A DNA stretch of 64,000 nucleotides from Gammaproteobacteria bacterium (GCA_028281365.1 JANQJZ010000005.1:7192-71191), one strand, 5' to 3'; counted from the first letter of the stretch, positions 12,581 through 22,915 are shown. Translations and numbers: made by a program. The notes: generated by a model not told the origin, from the letters alone.

Positions 12581-13231
12581 TTATGCTTTAGCAACGGCCC
12601 AGGCTTCTATCTTTTTATCGCCAGTAGGGTTAATCATTTTTGCAAGCTCGTTGATCGTTGCCCCGGATGTAATGACATCATCAATAATGGCAATATGATC
12701 CGGCAACGTTGCACCGTTAAATGAAAATGCGCCAATGATGTTCTTTGATCTTTCTTTGAAGCTTAAGCTGCTTTGTGGTGCAGTATTTTTTATGCGTTTA
12801 CAGGATCGATAATCGGTTTTTATATTTAGGTGCTTCCCCAGTTGTTTTGCCAGTTCCAGAGATTGATTATAGCCTCGCTGTCGTTGCCTGGATTTATGTA
12901 ATGGTACCGGAATAATCAAATCGGGAAGCTTGTTCGAACGCAGTAATTGATCAACTATCAATCTGGCAAAAGGCCTGGCTAATCCAATACAGTTTTTATA
13001 TTTGAATAATCGGATTAAATGGTCGGTTGGGTATTGATAATGAAGCGGTACAATTGTCGATGAAACCTGCGGTGGTGCCTTTAAACAGTGTCCGCAAATG
13101 AGTCCACCAGGACTGACGTTAGCACAAACAGGACAGCCGTTATCCTTGATAAGCAGGTCTTTTTCACAAGAACAACACCATGCACTCTCTGCTTCAGCTG
13201 AACACAACATGCAAATTGTTTTTATAATCAA
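12581..13231 (-). CDS. ComF-family protein (zinc-finger plus phosphoribosyltransferase domain)
   Basis: 216 aa. Cys-rich N-terminus (CxxC repeats) and PRTase motif IIDDVITSGATINE. Confidence 0.8.
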   Translation of the reverse strand: MIIKTICMLCSAEAESAWCCSCEKDLLIKDNGCPVCANVSPGGLICGHCLKAPPQVSSTIVPLHYQYPTDHLIRLFKYKNCIGLARPFARLIVDQLLRSNKLPDLIIPVPLHKSRQRQRGYNQSLELAKQLGKHLNIKTDYRSCKRIKNTAPQSSLSFKERSKNIIGAFSFNGATLPDHIAIIDDVITSGATINELAKMINPTGDKKIEAWAVAKA

Positions 13232-13252
13232 TGTTTTACCTTCCCTGGTTAG

Positions 13253-13285
13253 TTGTTAACCTTTTATGATCTAAAAAGTTTACAA
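13253..13285. promoter_or_regulatory. putative BirA-binding biotin operator (bioO-like inverted repeat)
   Basis: TTGTTAACC-N16-GTTTACAA is an imperfect palindrome. It closely resembles the E. coli bioO half-sites TTGTAAACC...GGTTTACAA. Lies 73 nt upstream of the bioB ATG. Confidence 0.6.
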
Positions 13286-13357
13286 TTACAAATACGATTC
13301 ATTGATGTTAAAGCATATCTTCAAAAGCGAACTAATAGCAAAGGCCGTGTTATAGAC

Positions 13358-14314
13358 ATGACAGAAATTATTATCAGGAATAATTGGACTAAACAAGAAG
13401 TAATGGAATTACTAACGTTGCCTTTTAATGATCTTGTTTATAAGGCTCAACAAATACATCGACAGTATTTTGATCCCAATCATGTTCAATTAAGTACATT
13501 AATGAATATTAAGACGGGTGGATGTCCGGAAGATTGTGCTTATTGTCCGCAAAGCGCACATTATGATACAGGTGTTAATGCGGAAAAAATTTCTAGTCTG
13601 GACGATGTTTTAAAACATGCAAGGACGGCCCGGGAAAAGGGTGCAACACGTTTTTGTATGGGCGCAGCCTGGCGACAACCTAAACAACGCGATCTCGAAA
13701 AGGTTATAGCGATGGTTGCAGGTGTTAAGGATTTAGGTATGGAAACCTGTGTCACCCTGGGTATGTTATCCGGGCAACAGGCTAAAGATTTAAAGTCTGC
13801 TGGCCTGGATTTTTATAATCATAATCTTGATTGCTCCCCCGAGTTTTATTCAAGCATTATCTCGACACGAGATTACCAAGAGCGGCTTGATACGCTCGAA
13901 TATGTTAGACAGGCCGGTATTAATGTTTGTTGCGGCGGTATTATCGGCATGGGAGAAGATCAGAATGATCGTGCCGGTTTGTTGTTAACGTTAGCTAATC
14001 TACCCAAACATCCCGAGAGTGTGCCCATTAATATGTTGGTACATGTAGAAGGCACCCCGTTAAATAATGTGTCTGTTCCTGACCCGATTGATTTTGTCAG
14101 AATTATTGCTGTAAGCAGAATTATGATGCCTGCCTCATATGTTCGTTTGTCTGCGGGTAGAAACGAGATGACCGATGAGATGCAGGCGCTTTGTTATCTG
14201 GCAGGGGCAAATTCAATATTTTACGGCGAAAAATTATTAACGACAGACAACCCTCAATTAGCAGAAGATCAAAAACTATTTCAACGTCTCGGCATACACT
14301 CTTCACAACATTAG
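13358..14314 (+). CDS. bioB: biotin synthase
   Basis: Radical-SAM [10 protein letters not shown] motif. The ATG at 13358 ([15 protein letters not shown]...) is preferred. The ORF-track TTG at 13253 lies inside the operator palindrome. Confidence 0.95.
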   Translation: MTEIIIRNNWTKQEVMELLTLPFNDLVYKAQQIHRQYFDPNHVQLSTLMNIKTGGCPEDCAYCPQSAHYDTGVNAEKISSLDDVLKHARTAREKGATRFCMGAAWRQPKQRDLEKVIAMVAGVKDLGMETCVTLGMLSGQQAKDLKSAGLDFYNHNLDCSPEFYSSIISTRDYQERLDTLEYVRQAGINVCCGGIIGMGEDQNDRAGLLLTLANLPKHPESVPINMLVHVEGTPLNNVSVPDPIDFVRIIAVSRIMMPASYVRLSAGRNEMTDEMQALCYLAGANSIFYGEKLLTTDNPQLAEDQKLFQRLGIHSSQH

Positions 14315-14334
14315 TGTCCGTTCATAAATAAAGT

Positions 14335-15510
14335 ATGGGCAGGTTTATTTTGAATATCGACGATGAAATAAATTGGCGTAAGTCAAAAGGACTATACCGT
14401 AGCCGAAGAATCATTGAGTCTGCACAAGGCCCCACGGTGTTAATTAACGATCAGGAATATTTAAATTTTAGTAGTAATGATTATCTTGGTTTGGCGAATA
14501 ACCAGGAGTTAAAGGACTGTATGATCGAGGCAGTAAAAACTTTTGGCATAGGTGCAGCATCATCTCAATTAATCGTTGGTCATTTTAAGGCACACGAACA
14601 ATTAGAAAAAAATCTGGCAAAATTTTTAAACCGTGATGCGGCACTGGTTTTTTCTACGGGCTATCAGGCGAACCTGGCTATTGCTTCAGTATTAATAGAT
14701 TCAAATACTGTTATTTTGCAAGACAAACTTAATCATGCCTCTTTAATAGACGCCGCATTACTATCCAAAGGGAAACTGGTCAGATATAAACACAGAGATG
14801 TTAATCATTTGTTAAGGTTACTGGAAAAATACAAGGACAAGGATTTAATCGTTATGACTGATGGTGTCTTTAGTATGGATGGTGACCTGGCCCCGCTGGA
14901 AAAAATCAGTGATCTTTGCAAAACGTATAATGCCTTGCTTTTGGTTGATGATGCACATGGTTTAGGTGCAATAGGTGAGACCGGTGCGGGCCTGCTCGAA
15001 TGTTTAAACCTGAACCAGGAACAGGTCCCTGTTTTAATTGGAACGTTTGGCAAGGCATTTGGCGGCGGCGGCGCCTTTATTGCGGGTAATAACAAGTTAA
15101 TTGATATTTTTATTCAAAAGGCGAGATCTTATATTTATACAACAGCCCTGTTGCCGGCTGTGGCTGTAACGGTGGACCGATCTATTGAGCTTGTTAAAGA
15201 AGCATCGGGGTTAAGACAAAACCTGAAGTCATTAATAAAATATTTCACAGACAATATAAAACAGGTCAACTATTCTTCCGGCGTTAGCAACACACATATA
15301 CAACCAATAATTATTGGAGCGGCGGAAAAGGCAAATAATATTAGTAATTATCTTTATAACAATAAAATTATTGCTACCGCTATCAGACCACCAACAGTAC
15401 CGGAAAACACTTCCAGATTAAGGATCAGTTTAACGGCGAAGCATACAACCGCACAAATCGACTCACTACTGAATACGATGAAGCAAATGGATTGCGCAGC
15501 GGCGCTATGA
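14335..15510 (+). CDS. bioF: 8-amino-7-oxononanoate synthase
   Basis: 391 aa, PLP-dependent fold. DDAHGLG and PLP-lysine context GTFGKAFG. Position in the bio operon. Confidence 0.93.
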   Translation: MGRFILNIDDEINWRKSKGLYRSRRIIESAQGPTVLINDQEYLNFSSNDYLGLANNQELKDCMIEAVKTFGIGAASSQLIVGHFKAHEQLEKNLAKFLNRDAALVFSTGYQANLAIASVLIDSNTVILQDKLNHASLIDAALLSKGKLVRYKHRDVNHLLRLLEKYKDKDLIVMTDGVFSMDGDLAPLEKISDLCKTYNALLLVDDAHGLGAIGETGAGLLECLNLNQEQVPVLIGTFGKAFGGGGAFIAGNNKLIDIFIQKARSYIYTTALLPAVAVTVDRSIELVKEASGLRQNLKSLIKYFTDNIKQVNYSSGVSNTHIQPIIIGAAEKANNISNYLYNNKIIATAIRPPTVPENTSRLRISLTAKHTTAQIDSLLNTMKQMDCAAAL

Positions 15511-15511
15511 T

Positions 15512-16240
15512 ATGGATTGTTTGATGCTTCATGGCTGGGGGATAAACCATACCGTCTGGAAAACATTCAGCAGCAGATTAACCGGTTTTGATAAAATAAT
15601 TAATCCTTGCCTTTATGATATGGCGGATCAAATAAATGACAGTTCATTAATGTCTTTGGCAAATGAAACTGGCTCGAACATAAAAAATGATTGTGTTGTA
15701 ATCGGTTGGTCGCTAGGTGGGTTAATCGCTTTATATCTGGCAACAATGTTTAAAAAAGTAAAAGGTGTTGTTTTTATCACGTCGACACCAAAGTTTGTAA
15801 ATAATGGTAATTGGTTGTTTACGATCGATATTTCCGATCACCGGGATTTATATAGAAACTTGACAGAAAATCATGATCAGGCTGTCAAGTATTTTTCACA
15901 ATTGATCGCCCATGGCGACACCTCGGCAAAACAAACGATTAAATATCTGTCTTCCCATTTAACCAAAAGCAAATATAACAATACGCTGCAATTCTGGTTA
16001 AATGAGCTCGAGCAGTTAGATCTAAGGCAACAGTTTTGTAAATTATCTATCCCGGCATTGATATTGTTGGCAAATAATGATGCGTTGATAAAGCGAGGTA
16101 TTTCCGATCAGCTTAGAATATTAAACCCTGATCCTGGAATTAAAAACCTGCCTGATTGTGGTCATGCTCCATTCATTAGTAAGGAACGGGAGACCACAAA
16201 ATTAATCAAGGATTTTATAGATGCAGAATTCGATCGATAA
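15512..16240 (+). CDS. bioH: pimeloyl-ACP methyl ester esterase BioH
   Basis: Alpha/beta hydrolase with HGWG and nucleophile elbow GWSLGG. Located between bioF and bioC as in Pseudomonas bioBFHCD. Confidence 0.85.
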   Translation: MDCLMLHGWGINHTVWKTFSSRLTGFDKIINPCLYDMADQINDSSLMSLANETGSNIKNDCVVIGWSLGGLIALYLATMFKKVKGVVFITSTPKFVNNGNWLFTIDISDHRDLYRNLTENHDQAVKYFSQLIAHGDTSAKQTIKYLSSHLTKSKYNNTLQFWLNELEQLDLRQQFCKLSIPALILLANNDALIKRGISDQLRILNPDPGIKNLPDCGHAPFISKERETTKLIKDFIDAEFDR

Positions 16241-17129
16241 CGACTATTCCATAAATACAAACCAGGTCAGGTATTCATTCAACTCTTCCGCTGAAGACTA
16301 CGATGCATTTTCTGTTCTGCAGCGTACGGTATCCGATCGTTTAATAGAAGGCTTCGATGAAATAAGCGTAAAGCCTTCGTTTATATTAGATCTGGGATCA
16401 GGAACGGGTTATGCGACCAGAAAATTAAAAAAACTTTTTAAAAAGTCTTTCGTCTATCAATTAGACATATCAGACCAGATGTTAAAGCAATCGAAGCGCA
16501 AGCCGGCATGGTTTAAAAAAAATTATTTAATATGTGCTGATGCCATGCAAATACCGTTACCGGATGATTCAATTGATATCGTTTTTAGTAATTTAATGTT
16601 GCAATGGTGTCATGATATTGATGTTGTGTTTGCCGAGGTTAATCGCGTATTAAAAATCGGTGGCGTATTTATTTTTAGCAGTTTTGGGCCTGACACATTA
16701 AAAGAATTGCGAGAAAGCTGGTTAAGTGTCGATGATAATGTTCATGTTAATGCGTTTATCGACATGCATGATATCGGTGACTCGGTAATGAGGAATGGTC
16801 TGGATGCTCCGGTATTAAGTGTTGAGCATGTTGTATTAACCTATGATGATTGTTGGCAGTTGATGCACGAATTAAAAAAAATTGGATCACATAATATTAA
16901 TAGTGGCCGTAGAAAAACCATGACAGGAAAAACACGGCTACAAAAAATGATTCACAGTTATGAATCCTTTCGGCAGGAAAATAAGTTGCCCGCGACCTAT
17001 GAAGTCATCTATGGACACGCCTGGCAAACAGGTAAAAAGGCTAATGTAAAGATGCAAGCAGGTACTCAATATGTACCGCTTAATGATCTAAAACAAAACA
17101 TAAAAACGCACAAACCGGGTAAAGCATGA
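16221..17129 (+). CDS. bioC: malonyl-ACP O-methyltransferase BioC
   Basis: SAM-binding motif ILDLGSGTG. Operon position. Overlaps bioH by 20 nt. Confidence 0.88.
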   Translation: MQNSIDNDYSINTNQVRYSFNSSAEDYDAFSVLQRTVSDRLIEGFDEISVKPSFILDLGSGTGYATRKLKKLFKKSFVYQLDISDQMLKQSKRKPAWFKKNYLICADAMQIPLPDDSIDIVFSNLMLQWCHDIDVVFAEVNRVLKIGGVFIFSSFGPDTLKELRESWLSVDDNVHVNAFIDMHDIGDSVMRNGLDAPVLSVEHVVLTYDDCWQLMHELKKIGSHNINSGRRKTMTGKTRLQKMIHSYESFRQENKLPATYEVIYGHAWQTGKKANVKMQAGTQYVPLNDLKQNIKTHKPGKA

Positions 17130-17818
17130 CAAAAGGGGTTTTCATTACCGGTACTGATACCGGTGTAGGCAAAACCAGATTCACCCTTGGCTTAATACAT
17201 GCCTTGAAGAAAAACGGGATTAATGTGTCTGGAATGAAACCAATTGCTAGCGGTGCGCAGTGGGTTAATGGTGCATTAATTAATGAAGACGCCAATTTAA
17301 TAAGGAATAGTTGTAATAATGTCCCGCCCTATGAATTAGTTAACCCGGTCGTGTTTGAACCGCCAGTTGCGCCGCATGTTGCCGCCAGGCAAGCAGGCAT
17401 GGCAATTGATATTAAGCAGATTGCTGATAGTTATGAAGCACTCGCTTCGCAGAGCGAATTTGTCGTTGTAGAAGGAATCGGGGGCTGGCGTGTTCCGGTC
17501 TCGGACAATGACACGTTGACAAAACTTGTCCAGACCTTGGGAATACCGGTGATATTAATAGTCGGTCTAAGGCTTGGCTGTATAAATCATGCATTGTTAA
17601 CGGCGGAAGTGATAATTGCCGACGGTGTAAAATTATCAGGTTGGGTAGGAAATTTGCTCGATAAGGATTATTTATACAAACAGAAAACAATTAATACCTT
17701 AAAACAAAGACTTACATGCCCTCATATTATGGATCTGGACTATCTGGTCGATTTTTCTCCAAATAATTTGATTGGTCAGAAGTATATAAAAAGTATCCTG
17801 GAACAGCTTGATATGTAG
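17126..17818 (+). CDS. bioD: dethiobiotin synthase
   Basis: P-loop GTDTGVGKT. 230 aa. 4-nt overlap with bioC. Confidence 0.93.
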   Translation: MTKGVFITGTDTGVGKTRFTLGLIHALKKNGINVSGMKPIASGAQWVNGALINEDANLIRNSCNNVPPYELVNPVVFEPPVAPHVAARQAGMAIDIKQIADSYEALASQSEFVVVEGIGGWRVPVSDNDTLTKLVQTLGIPVILIVGLRLGCINHALLTAEVIIADGVKLSGWVGNLLDKDYLYKQKTINTLKQRLTCPHIMDLDYLVDFSPNNLIGQKYIKSILEQLDM

Positions 17819-17931
17819 GACAAAGTACGGCTTGCATCAGATGGTCAATATAAGGCATATTGTTATACCTAGAGCCAGTTTATAATAATTACTGGTAGTA
17901 AAAGAATAAAACTAAATACAAGAGGGTTTAC

Positions 17932-18408
17932 GTGATTTTTTGCCTGGATGAGCCTGAGGGGGCAAAAAGAGGCTTTTTGGTTACACCTAACAAGGCCATG
18001 CCGTGGCATCAGTTAGTTTGCATATATTGTATTATTACAGGGTTCACACTAGGCGTTGCACTGGCATTCTTCTTTCAAGGGCTAATACTCATTCTTCCTT
18101 TTGCAGGCTTGGAATTGTTAGCGCTTGGTACAGTTTTATATATTAGTGCCTGGCGTGGCGGGGTGCGTGAAGTAATCAGCATCACTGATGATAAAATTAA
18201 GGTGGAATCCGGTCGTAACGAGCCGGAAACCAGTTGTGAATTTGATAGAACCTGGACGCAGGTCGTATTAGAACATTCATGGCATAATTGGTATCCCAGC
18301 AAGCTGTATATTCGTTCGCATGGGAGACAGGTAGAAGTCGGGCGTTTTTTAAATGAGGAGGAGCGCCGGGGCCTGGCGAAAGAATTACGAAGAGCAATAA
18401 CAAAATAA
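17932..18408 (+). CDS. DUF2244-type integral membrane protein (cytochrome oxidase-associated)
   Basis: 158 aa with two adjacent TM helices and a C-terminal ...GRFLNEEERRGLAKELRR pattern. Conserved position directly upstream of coxB. GTG start is uncertain. Confidence 0.6.
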   Translation: MIFCLDEPEGAKRGFLVTPNKAMPWHQLVCIYCIITGFTLGVALAFFFQGLILILPFAGLELLALGTVLYISAWRGGVREVISITDDKIKVESGRNEPETSCEFDRTWTQVVLEHSWHNWYPSKLYIRSHGRQVEVGRFLNEEERRGLAKELRRAITK

Positions 18409-18464
18409 GATTATTAGAGTATTTATAAAAATATTAATTACCTATCAATACTGAGGAAAGTTGT

Positions 18465-19628
18465 ATGTCTTTCAATAAACTAAAACAGACTGTGCTTGGG
18501 TTGATTGCAGTTTCATTATTGTTGGTGAGTGGTGTTGTCAGCGCGGGATATGGCGATACGCTTAATTTGATCGAAGGTGTTACTCCAACCAGCCAGAAGG
18601 TCTATGAATTACACATGATAATCCTTTACATCGTTACGATCATTGGTATCGCGGTGTTTGGTGTTATGTGCTGGTCAATCTATCACCACAGAAAATCCCG
18701 TGGCGTGACGCCTGCTACGTTTCATCACAGCACAGCAGCTGAAATAACCTGGACAATTATTCCTATTCTTATATTGGTAGCGATGGCTATTCCGGCCACG
18801 AAAACACTTATCTTTATGGAGAAAACCGGTGATGCGGAAATGACGCTCAAGGTCACCGGTTATCAATGGAAATGGAAATATGATTATATGGAAGAAGGTA
18901 TTAGTTTCTTTAGCGCGCTGCATCCCGACCACAATGAAGTACGTAAGCAGGGCTCGGGTCTGGATCCAAATTCTGTCGATAATTATTTACTTGATGTAGA
19001 TAATCCTATTGTTTTACCCATTAATACCAAGATTAGAATTGTAACTACCGCAGCTGATGTTATTCATGCCTGGTGGGTCCCTGCTTTAGGCTGGAAGCGT
19101 GACGCAATCCCTGGCTTTATTAATGATAACTGGACTTATATCGAAGAGCCCGGGGTTTATCGAGGTCAGTGTGCCGAGCTTTGTGGTAGAGATCACGGGT
19201 TTATGCCTATTGTTATTAATGCCGTATCAAAAGAAGAATACGTAGCCTGGGTAGAGGAGAAAAAAGCAGAGCAGGAAGCTGCAGCAGCCAGTGCAAGCAA
19301 GACGTTTACCAAAGACGAACTCATGAGCAAGGGCGAGCAGATATACGGAACACAATGTGTAGCGTGCCATCAAGGTGAAGGACAAGGTATTGAAGGAATG
19401 TTTCCTGCTCTTGTAAATAGTGCAATTACTACCGGTCCTGCGGCAGACCATATCGATATTGTCTTGAATGGCAAAAACCTGATGCCGGCATTTAAAGAAC
19501 AGTTAAATGATGCAGATCTTGCTGCTGTCATAACCTTTGAACGAAATAAATGGGGTAATTATGAGAGTACAACAGGTAATGGCCATACGGATGTAGTGCA
19601 GCCTGCAGATATTAAGGCAGCAAGATAA
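18465..19628 (+). CDS. coxB: cytochrome c oxidase subunit II with C-terminal cytochrome c domain
   Basis: Signal/TM N-terminus. CuA site HAWWVPALG...CAELCGRDHGFM. C-terminal haem-binding CVACH. Confidence 0.95.
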   Translation: MSFNKLKQTVLGLIAVSLLLVSGVVSAGYGDTLNLIEGVTPTSQKVYELHMIILYIVTIIGIAVFGVMCWSIYHHRKSRGVTPATFHHSTAAEITWTIIPILILVAMAIPATKTLIFMEKTGDAEMTLKVTGYQWKWKYDYMEEGISFFSALHPDHNEVRKQGSGLDPNSVDNYLLDVDNPIVLPINTKIRIVTTAADVIHAWWVPALGWKRDAIPGFINDNWTYIEEPGVYRGQCAELCGRDHGFMPIVINAVSKEEYVAWVEEKKAEQEAAAASASKTFTKDELMSKGEQIYGTQCVACHQGEGQGIEGMFPALVNSAITTGPAADHIDIVLNGKNLMPAFKEQLNDADLAAVITFERNKWGNYESTTGNGHTDVVQPADIKAAR

Positions 19629-19680
19629 TTGAATACTTTTTTAGAACTTAATAATTAGAGAGTTAATAGAGGATAGACCT

Positions 19681-21288
19681 ATGAGCGAAGCAGTCATCCA
19701 CGATCACGATAGTCACGATGATCATCACGATCATAAACCAACCGGCATAGGCCGATGGCTATTTTCAACTAATCATAAAGACATCGGCACCATGTATCTG
19801 GTGTTTGCGTTAATCATGTTTTTTATTGGCGGCGCCATGGCCATGGTTATTCGTCTGGAACTATTCCAGCCGGGTATGCAATATGTCGATCCGCAGTTTT
19901 TTAATTCCATGACCACCGTGCATGCACTGGTCATGATCTTTGGTGCATTAATGCCTGCCGGTGTTGGTCTCGCCAACTGGATGATCCCGATCATGATTGG
20001 CGCGCCGGATATGGCGATGCCGCGTATGAATAATATGAGCTTCTGGATATTGCCGTTCGCGTTTACATTATTATTGTCTACTTTCTTTATGGCTGGCGGT
20101 GCGCCTGCTGGCGGTTGGACGATGTACCCGCCATTGGTCTTGCAACTGGATCACGGTTTTCCGTTTTTAATCTTTGCAGTGCATTTCCTGGGGATCTCTT
20201 CCATCATGGGCGCGATTAATATCATCGCGACAGTATTTAATATGCGCGCACCAGGTATGACGTTTATGCGTTTACCCTTATTTGTCTGGACCTGGATCAT
20301 AACCGCGTTTTTATTGATTGCTTCTATGCCCGTCCTTGCCGGTGCAGTAACGATGTTATTAACCGATAAATATTTCGGTACGGCATTCTTTAATGCGGCA
20401 GGCGGCGGTGACCCGGTTATGTTTCAGCATGTATTCTGGTTCTTTGGTCATCCGGAAGTATACATTCTGGTATTACCTTCTTTCGGTGTGATCTCGCAGA
20501 TCATCCCGACCTTTTCGCGTAAACCGTTATTTGGTTATGCCTCTATGGTGTATGCAACAGCATCGATTGCATTCTTGTCGTTCTTCGTCTGGGCGCATCA
20601 CATGTTTACCGTTGGTATGCCATTAACCGGTGAACTGTTCTTCATGTATGCAACGATGTCTATCGCAGTACCAACTGGCGTGAAGATATTTAACTGGATG
20701 GCGACCATGTGGAAAGGCGCAATGACATTTGAAACACCCATGTTATTTGCGATCGGTGTTTTATTTATGTTCTCAATCGGTGGTTTCTCTGGTTTGATGA
20801 TGGGTATTACACCGGTTGATTTCCAATATCATGATACCTATTTCATCGTGGCACATTTCCACTATGTCATCGTTCCCGGCATTATCTTCGGTATTATCGG
20901 TGGAGTTTATTTCTGGTTACCGAAGTGGACCGGTCATATGTATGACGAGACCCTGGGTAAATGGCATTTCTGGTTATCCACGATCTCGGTAAACATCTTA
21001 TTCTTCCCAATGCACTTCGTTGGTCTTGCTGGTATGCCGAGACGTATACCTGATTACAACGTGCAATTTACCGACTGGAACCAGATCATCAGTCTGGGCG
21101 GCTTTGCCTTTGGTTTAAGTCAGCTGATCTTTGTCTGGGTAATTATTAAATGTGTCCGTGGTGGAGAAAAAGCAACCGATCAGGTCTGGGAAGGCGCGCA
21201 TGGACTGGAATGGACATTACCATCGCCACCGCCATTCCATAGTTTTACAACACCGCCGCAGGTGACGGATGCAACAGCGCATTCATAA
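19681..21288 (+). CDS. ctaD: cytochrome c oxidase subunit I (aa3-type)
   Basis: 535 aa, 12-TM. WFFGHPEVYIL and HHMF motifs. Confidence 0.97.
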   Translation: MSEAVIHDHDSHDDHHDHKPTGIGRWLFSTNHKDIGTMYLVFALIMFFIGGAMAMVIRLELFQPGMQYVDPQFFNSMTTVHALVMIFGALMPAGVGLANWMIPIMIGAPDMAMPRMNNMSFWILPFAFTLLLSTFFMAGGAPAGGWTMYPPLVLQLDHGFPFLIFAVHFLGISSIMGAINIIATVFNMRAPGMTFMRLPLFVWTWIITAFLLIASMPVLAGAVTMLLTDKYFGTAFFNAAGGGDPVMFQHVFWFFGHPEVYILVLPSFGVISQIIPTFSRKPLFGYASMVYATASIAFLSFFVWAHHMFTVGMPLTGELFFMYATMSIAVPTGVKIFNWMATMWKGAMTFETPMLFAIGVLFMFSIGGFSGLMMGITPVDFQYHDTYFIVAHFHYVIVPGIIFGIIGGVYFWLPKWTGHMYDETLGKWHFWLSTISVNILFFPMHFVGLAGMPRRIPDYNVQFTDWNQIISLGGFAFGLSQLIFVWVIIKCVRGGEKATDQVWEGAHGLEWTLPSPPPFHSFTTPPQVTDATAHS

Positions 21289-21291
21289 ATT

Positions 21292-21420
21292 ATGAATGAT
21301 AACAACGAACCAACTGCTGCAGAAAAGGAATTAGCAGCAAAGAATATGCGACTGGCCATTATCCTCGGCTTGGTCGCATTAGGCTTTTATGTTGGCTTCG
21401 TATTGTTTTACTGGAAATAA
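21292..21420 (+). CDS. small single-TM protein between coxA and ctaG (possible cytochrome oxidase small assembly protein)
   Basis: 42 aa, not in the ORF track: MNDNNEPTAAEKELAAKNMRLAIILGLVALGFYVGFVLFYWK. Starts 3 nt after the coxA stop. Its TAA overlaps the ctaG ATG (TAATG). Confidence 0.55.
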   Translation: MNDNNEPTAAEKELAAKNMRLAIILGLVALGFYVGFVLFYWK

Positions 21421-21992
21421 TGCAAGCAGCGACCAGAACCGCAAAGAAATTAACACTCGTTGCAATAGCAATGTTTGGTTTTGGTTACGCATTGGTTCCC
21501 TTGTATGACGTGTTTTGTGACATTACAGGTATCAATGGCAAGACGGGTGAAATATCGCAGGCAGAAGCTGATTCTGCAACAGTTGATACTAACCGGTTAA
21601 TAACGGTTGAGTTTGATACTAATGTTAATTCTGCATTGCCATGGAAGTTTATAGCAGCGGAATACAAGATGAAGGTTCATCCTGGTGAAGTTGCTGAGGC
21701 AGTGTTTATTGCTGAAAACCAGTCTGACACTGCAATAGCCGGGAGGGCGGTGCCTAGTGTAGCACCCGCAAAAGCGTCGTTATTTTTTAACAAGACCGAA
21801 TGCTTTTGTTTTACCCGGCAGGTGCTTGAGCCTGGAGAGCGTAAGGAGATGGTTGTGAGATTTGTTGTTGATTCGGATCTGCCTGAAAAAATATCGACAA
21901 TGACGCTTTCATACACGTTTTTTGATGCACTGGATGGTGAAGAAGAAACAGTAACAGCTAACACCATCGGTGCTAATAATAGTAAAGGTTAA
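21420..21992 (+). CDS. ctaG: cytochrome c oxidase assembly protein CtaG/Cox11
   Basis: 190 aa. N-terminal TM anchor and copper-binding CFCF motif. Confidence 0.92.
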   Translation: MQAATRTAKKLTLVAIAMFGFGYALVPLYDVFCDITGINGKTGEISQAEADSATVDTNRLITVEFDTNVNSALPWKFIAAEYKMKVHPGEVAEAVFIAENQSDTAIAGRAVPSVAPAKASLFFNKTECFCFTRQVLEPGERKEMVVRFVVDSDLPEKISTMTLSYTFFDALDGEEETVTANTIGANNSKG

Positions 21993-22021
21993 TTATAAAT
22001 TTATAAAAAAGAGGAATAGTT

Positions 22022-22915
22022 ATGTCTGACTCACACGGCGCATACTTTATCCCGGAACCAAGTCGTTGGCCGATCGTTGGTTCAGTTGCATTGTTCATTT
22101 CATTTATCGGTGGCGGGATCATGTTGAATGGTTCCGGGTTTGGTACGTTTATACTCGGCCTGGGCATCGGTGCAGTCATTTATATGTTCTGCGGCTGGTT
22201 TTCTGATGTGATCCGTGAAAGCCGGGGCGGTAATTACAATAAGCAGGTCGACATCAGTTTCCGTTGGGGAATGAGCTGGTTTATTTTTTCGGAAGTCATG
22301 TTCTTTGCCGCGTTTTTTGGTGCATTGTTCTATGCAAGGGTTTTCTCAGTGCCTTGGCTGGGAGGAGAAGGCGCAAAATTAGCCACCCATATGTTTTTGT
22401 GGCCTGACTTTGAATCTGTGTGGCCTTTGTTGACTACACCTGACATGAGCATGGAAGGGATTGAATCTAAATTTACAGCAATCAAAGAAATTATCCCTGC
22501 ATGGGGCATTCCTGCTTTAAACACGGCAATATTATTAACAAGTGGGGCTACGGTGACTTTTGCTCACTGGGCGCTAAAGAAAAATAATCGTGCAGGACTT
22601 TGTTGGTGGTTAGCAGCGACAGTTGCGCTAGGTTTGATATTCGTTGTATTTCAAGCGTATGAATATGTTCATGCCTATAAGGACCTTGATCTTACCTTGA
22701 ATTCCGGTATCTATGGTTCGACCTTTTTTATGTTAACCGGTTTTCACGGTTTTCATGTGACGATGGGCGCGACCATGCTATTGGTTATATTAGGCAGATC
22801 AATGGCAGGCCATTTTTCAGCCAATGATCATTTTGCGTTTGAAGGGGTTGCCTGGTATTGGCACTTCGTTGATGTGGTCTGGTTAGGCCTGTTTGTTTTT
22901 GTTTACTGGATATAA
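22022..22915 (+). CDS. coxC: cytochrome c oxidase subunit III
   Basis: 297 aa, 7-TM. Conserved ...GFHGFHVTMG... and ...WYWHFVDVVW... motifs. Confidence 0.95.
   Translation: MSDSHGAYFIPEPSRWPIVGSVALFISFIGGGIMLNGSGFGTFILGLGIGAVIYMFCGWFSDVIRESRGGNYNKQVDISFRWGMSWFIFSEVMFFAAFFGALFYARVFSVPWLGGEGAKLATHMFLWPDFESVWPLLTTPDMSMEGIESKFTAIKEIIPAWGIPALNTAILLTSGATVTFAHWALKKNNRAGLCWWLAATVALGLIFVVFQAYEYVHAYKDLDLTLNSGIYGSTFFMLTGFHGFHVTMGATMLLVILGRSMAGHFSANDHFAFEGVAWYWHFVDVVWLGLFVFVYWI

Noticed and set aside
13253-13357. ORF-track 5' extension of bioB from a TTG at 13253 (35 extra codons).
   Set aside because: The TTG is the first base of the bioO-like palindrome. The extension ([22 protein letters not shown]...) has no counterpart in BioB proteins. 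The ATG at 13358 gives a normal BioB N-terminus.
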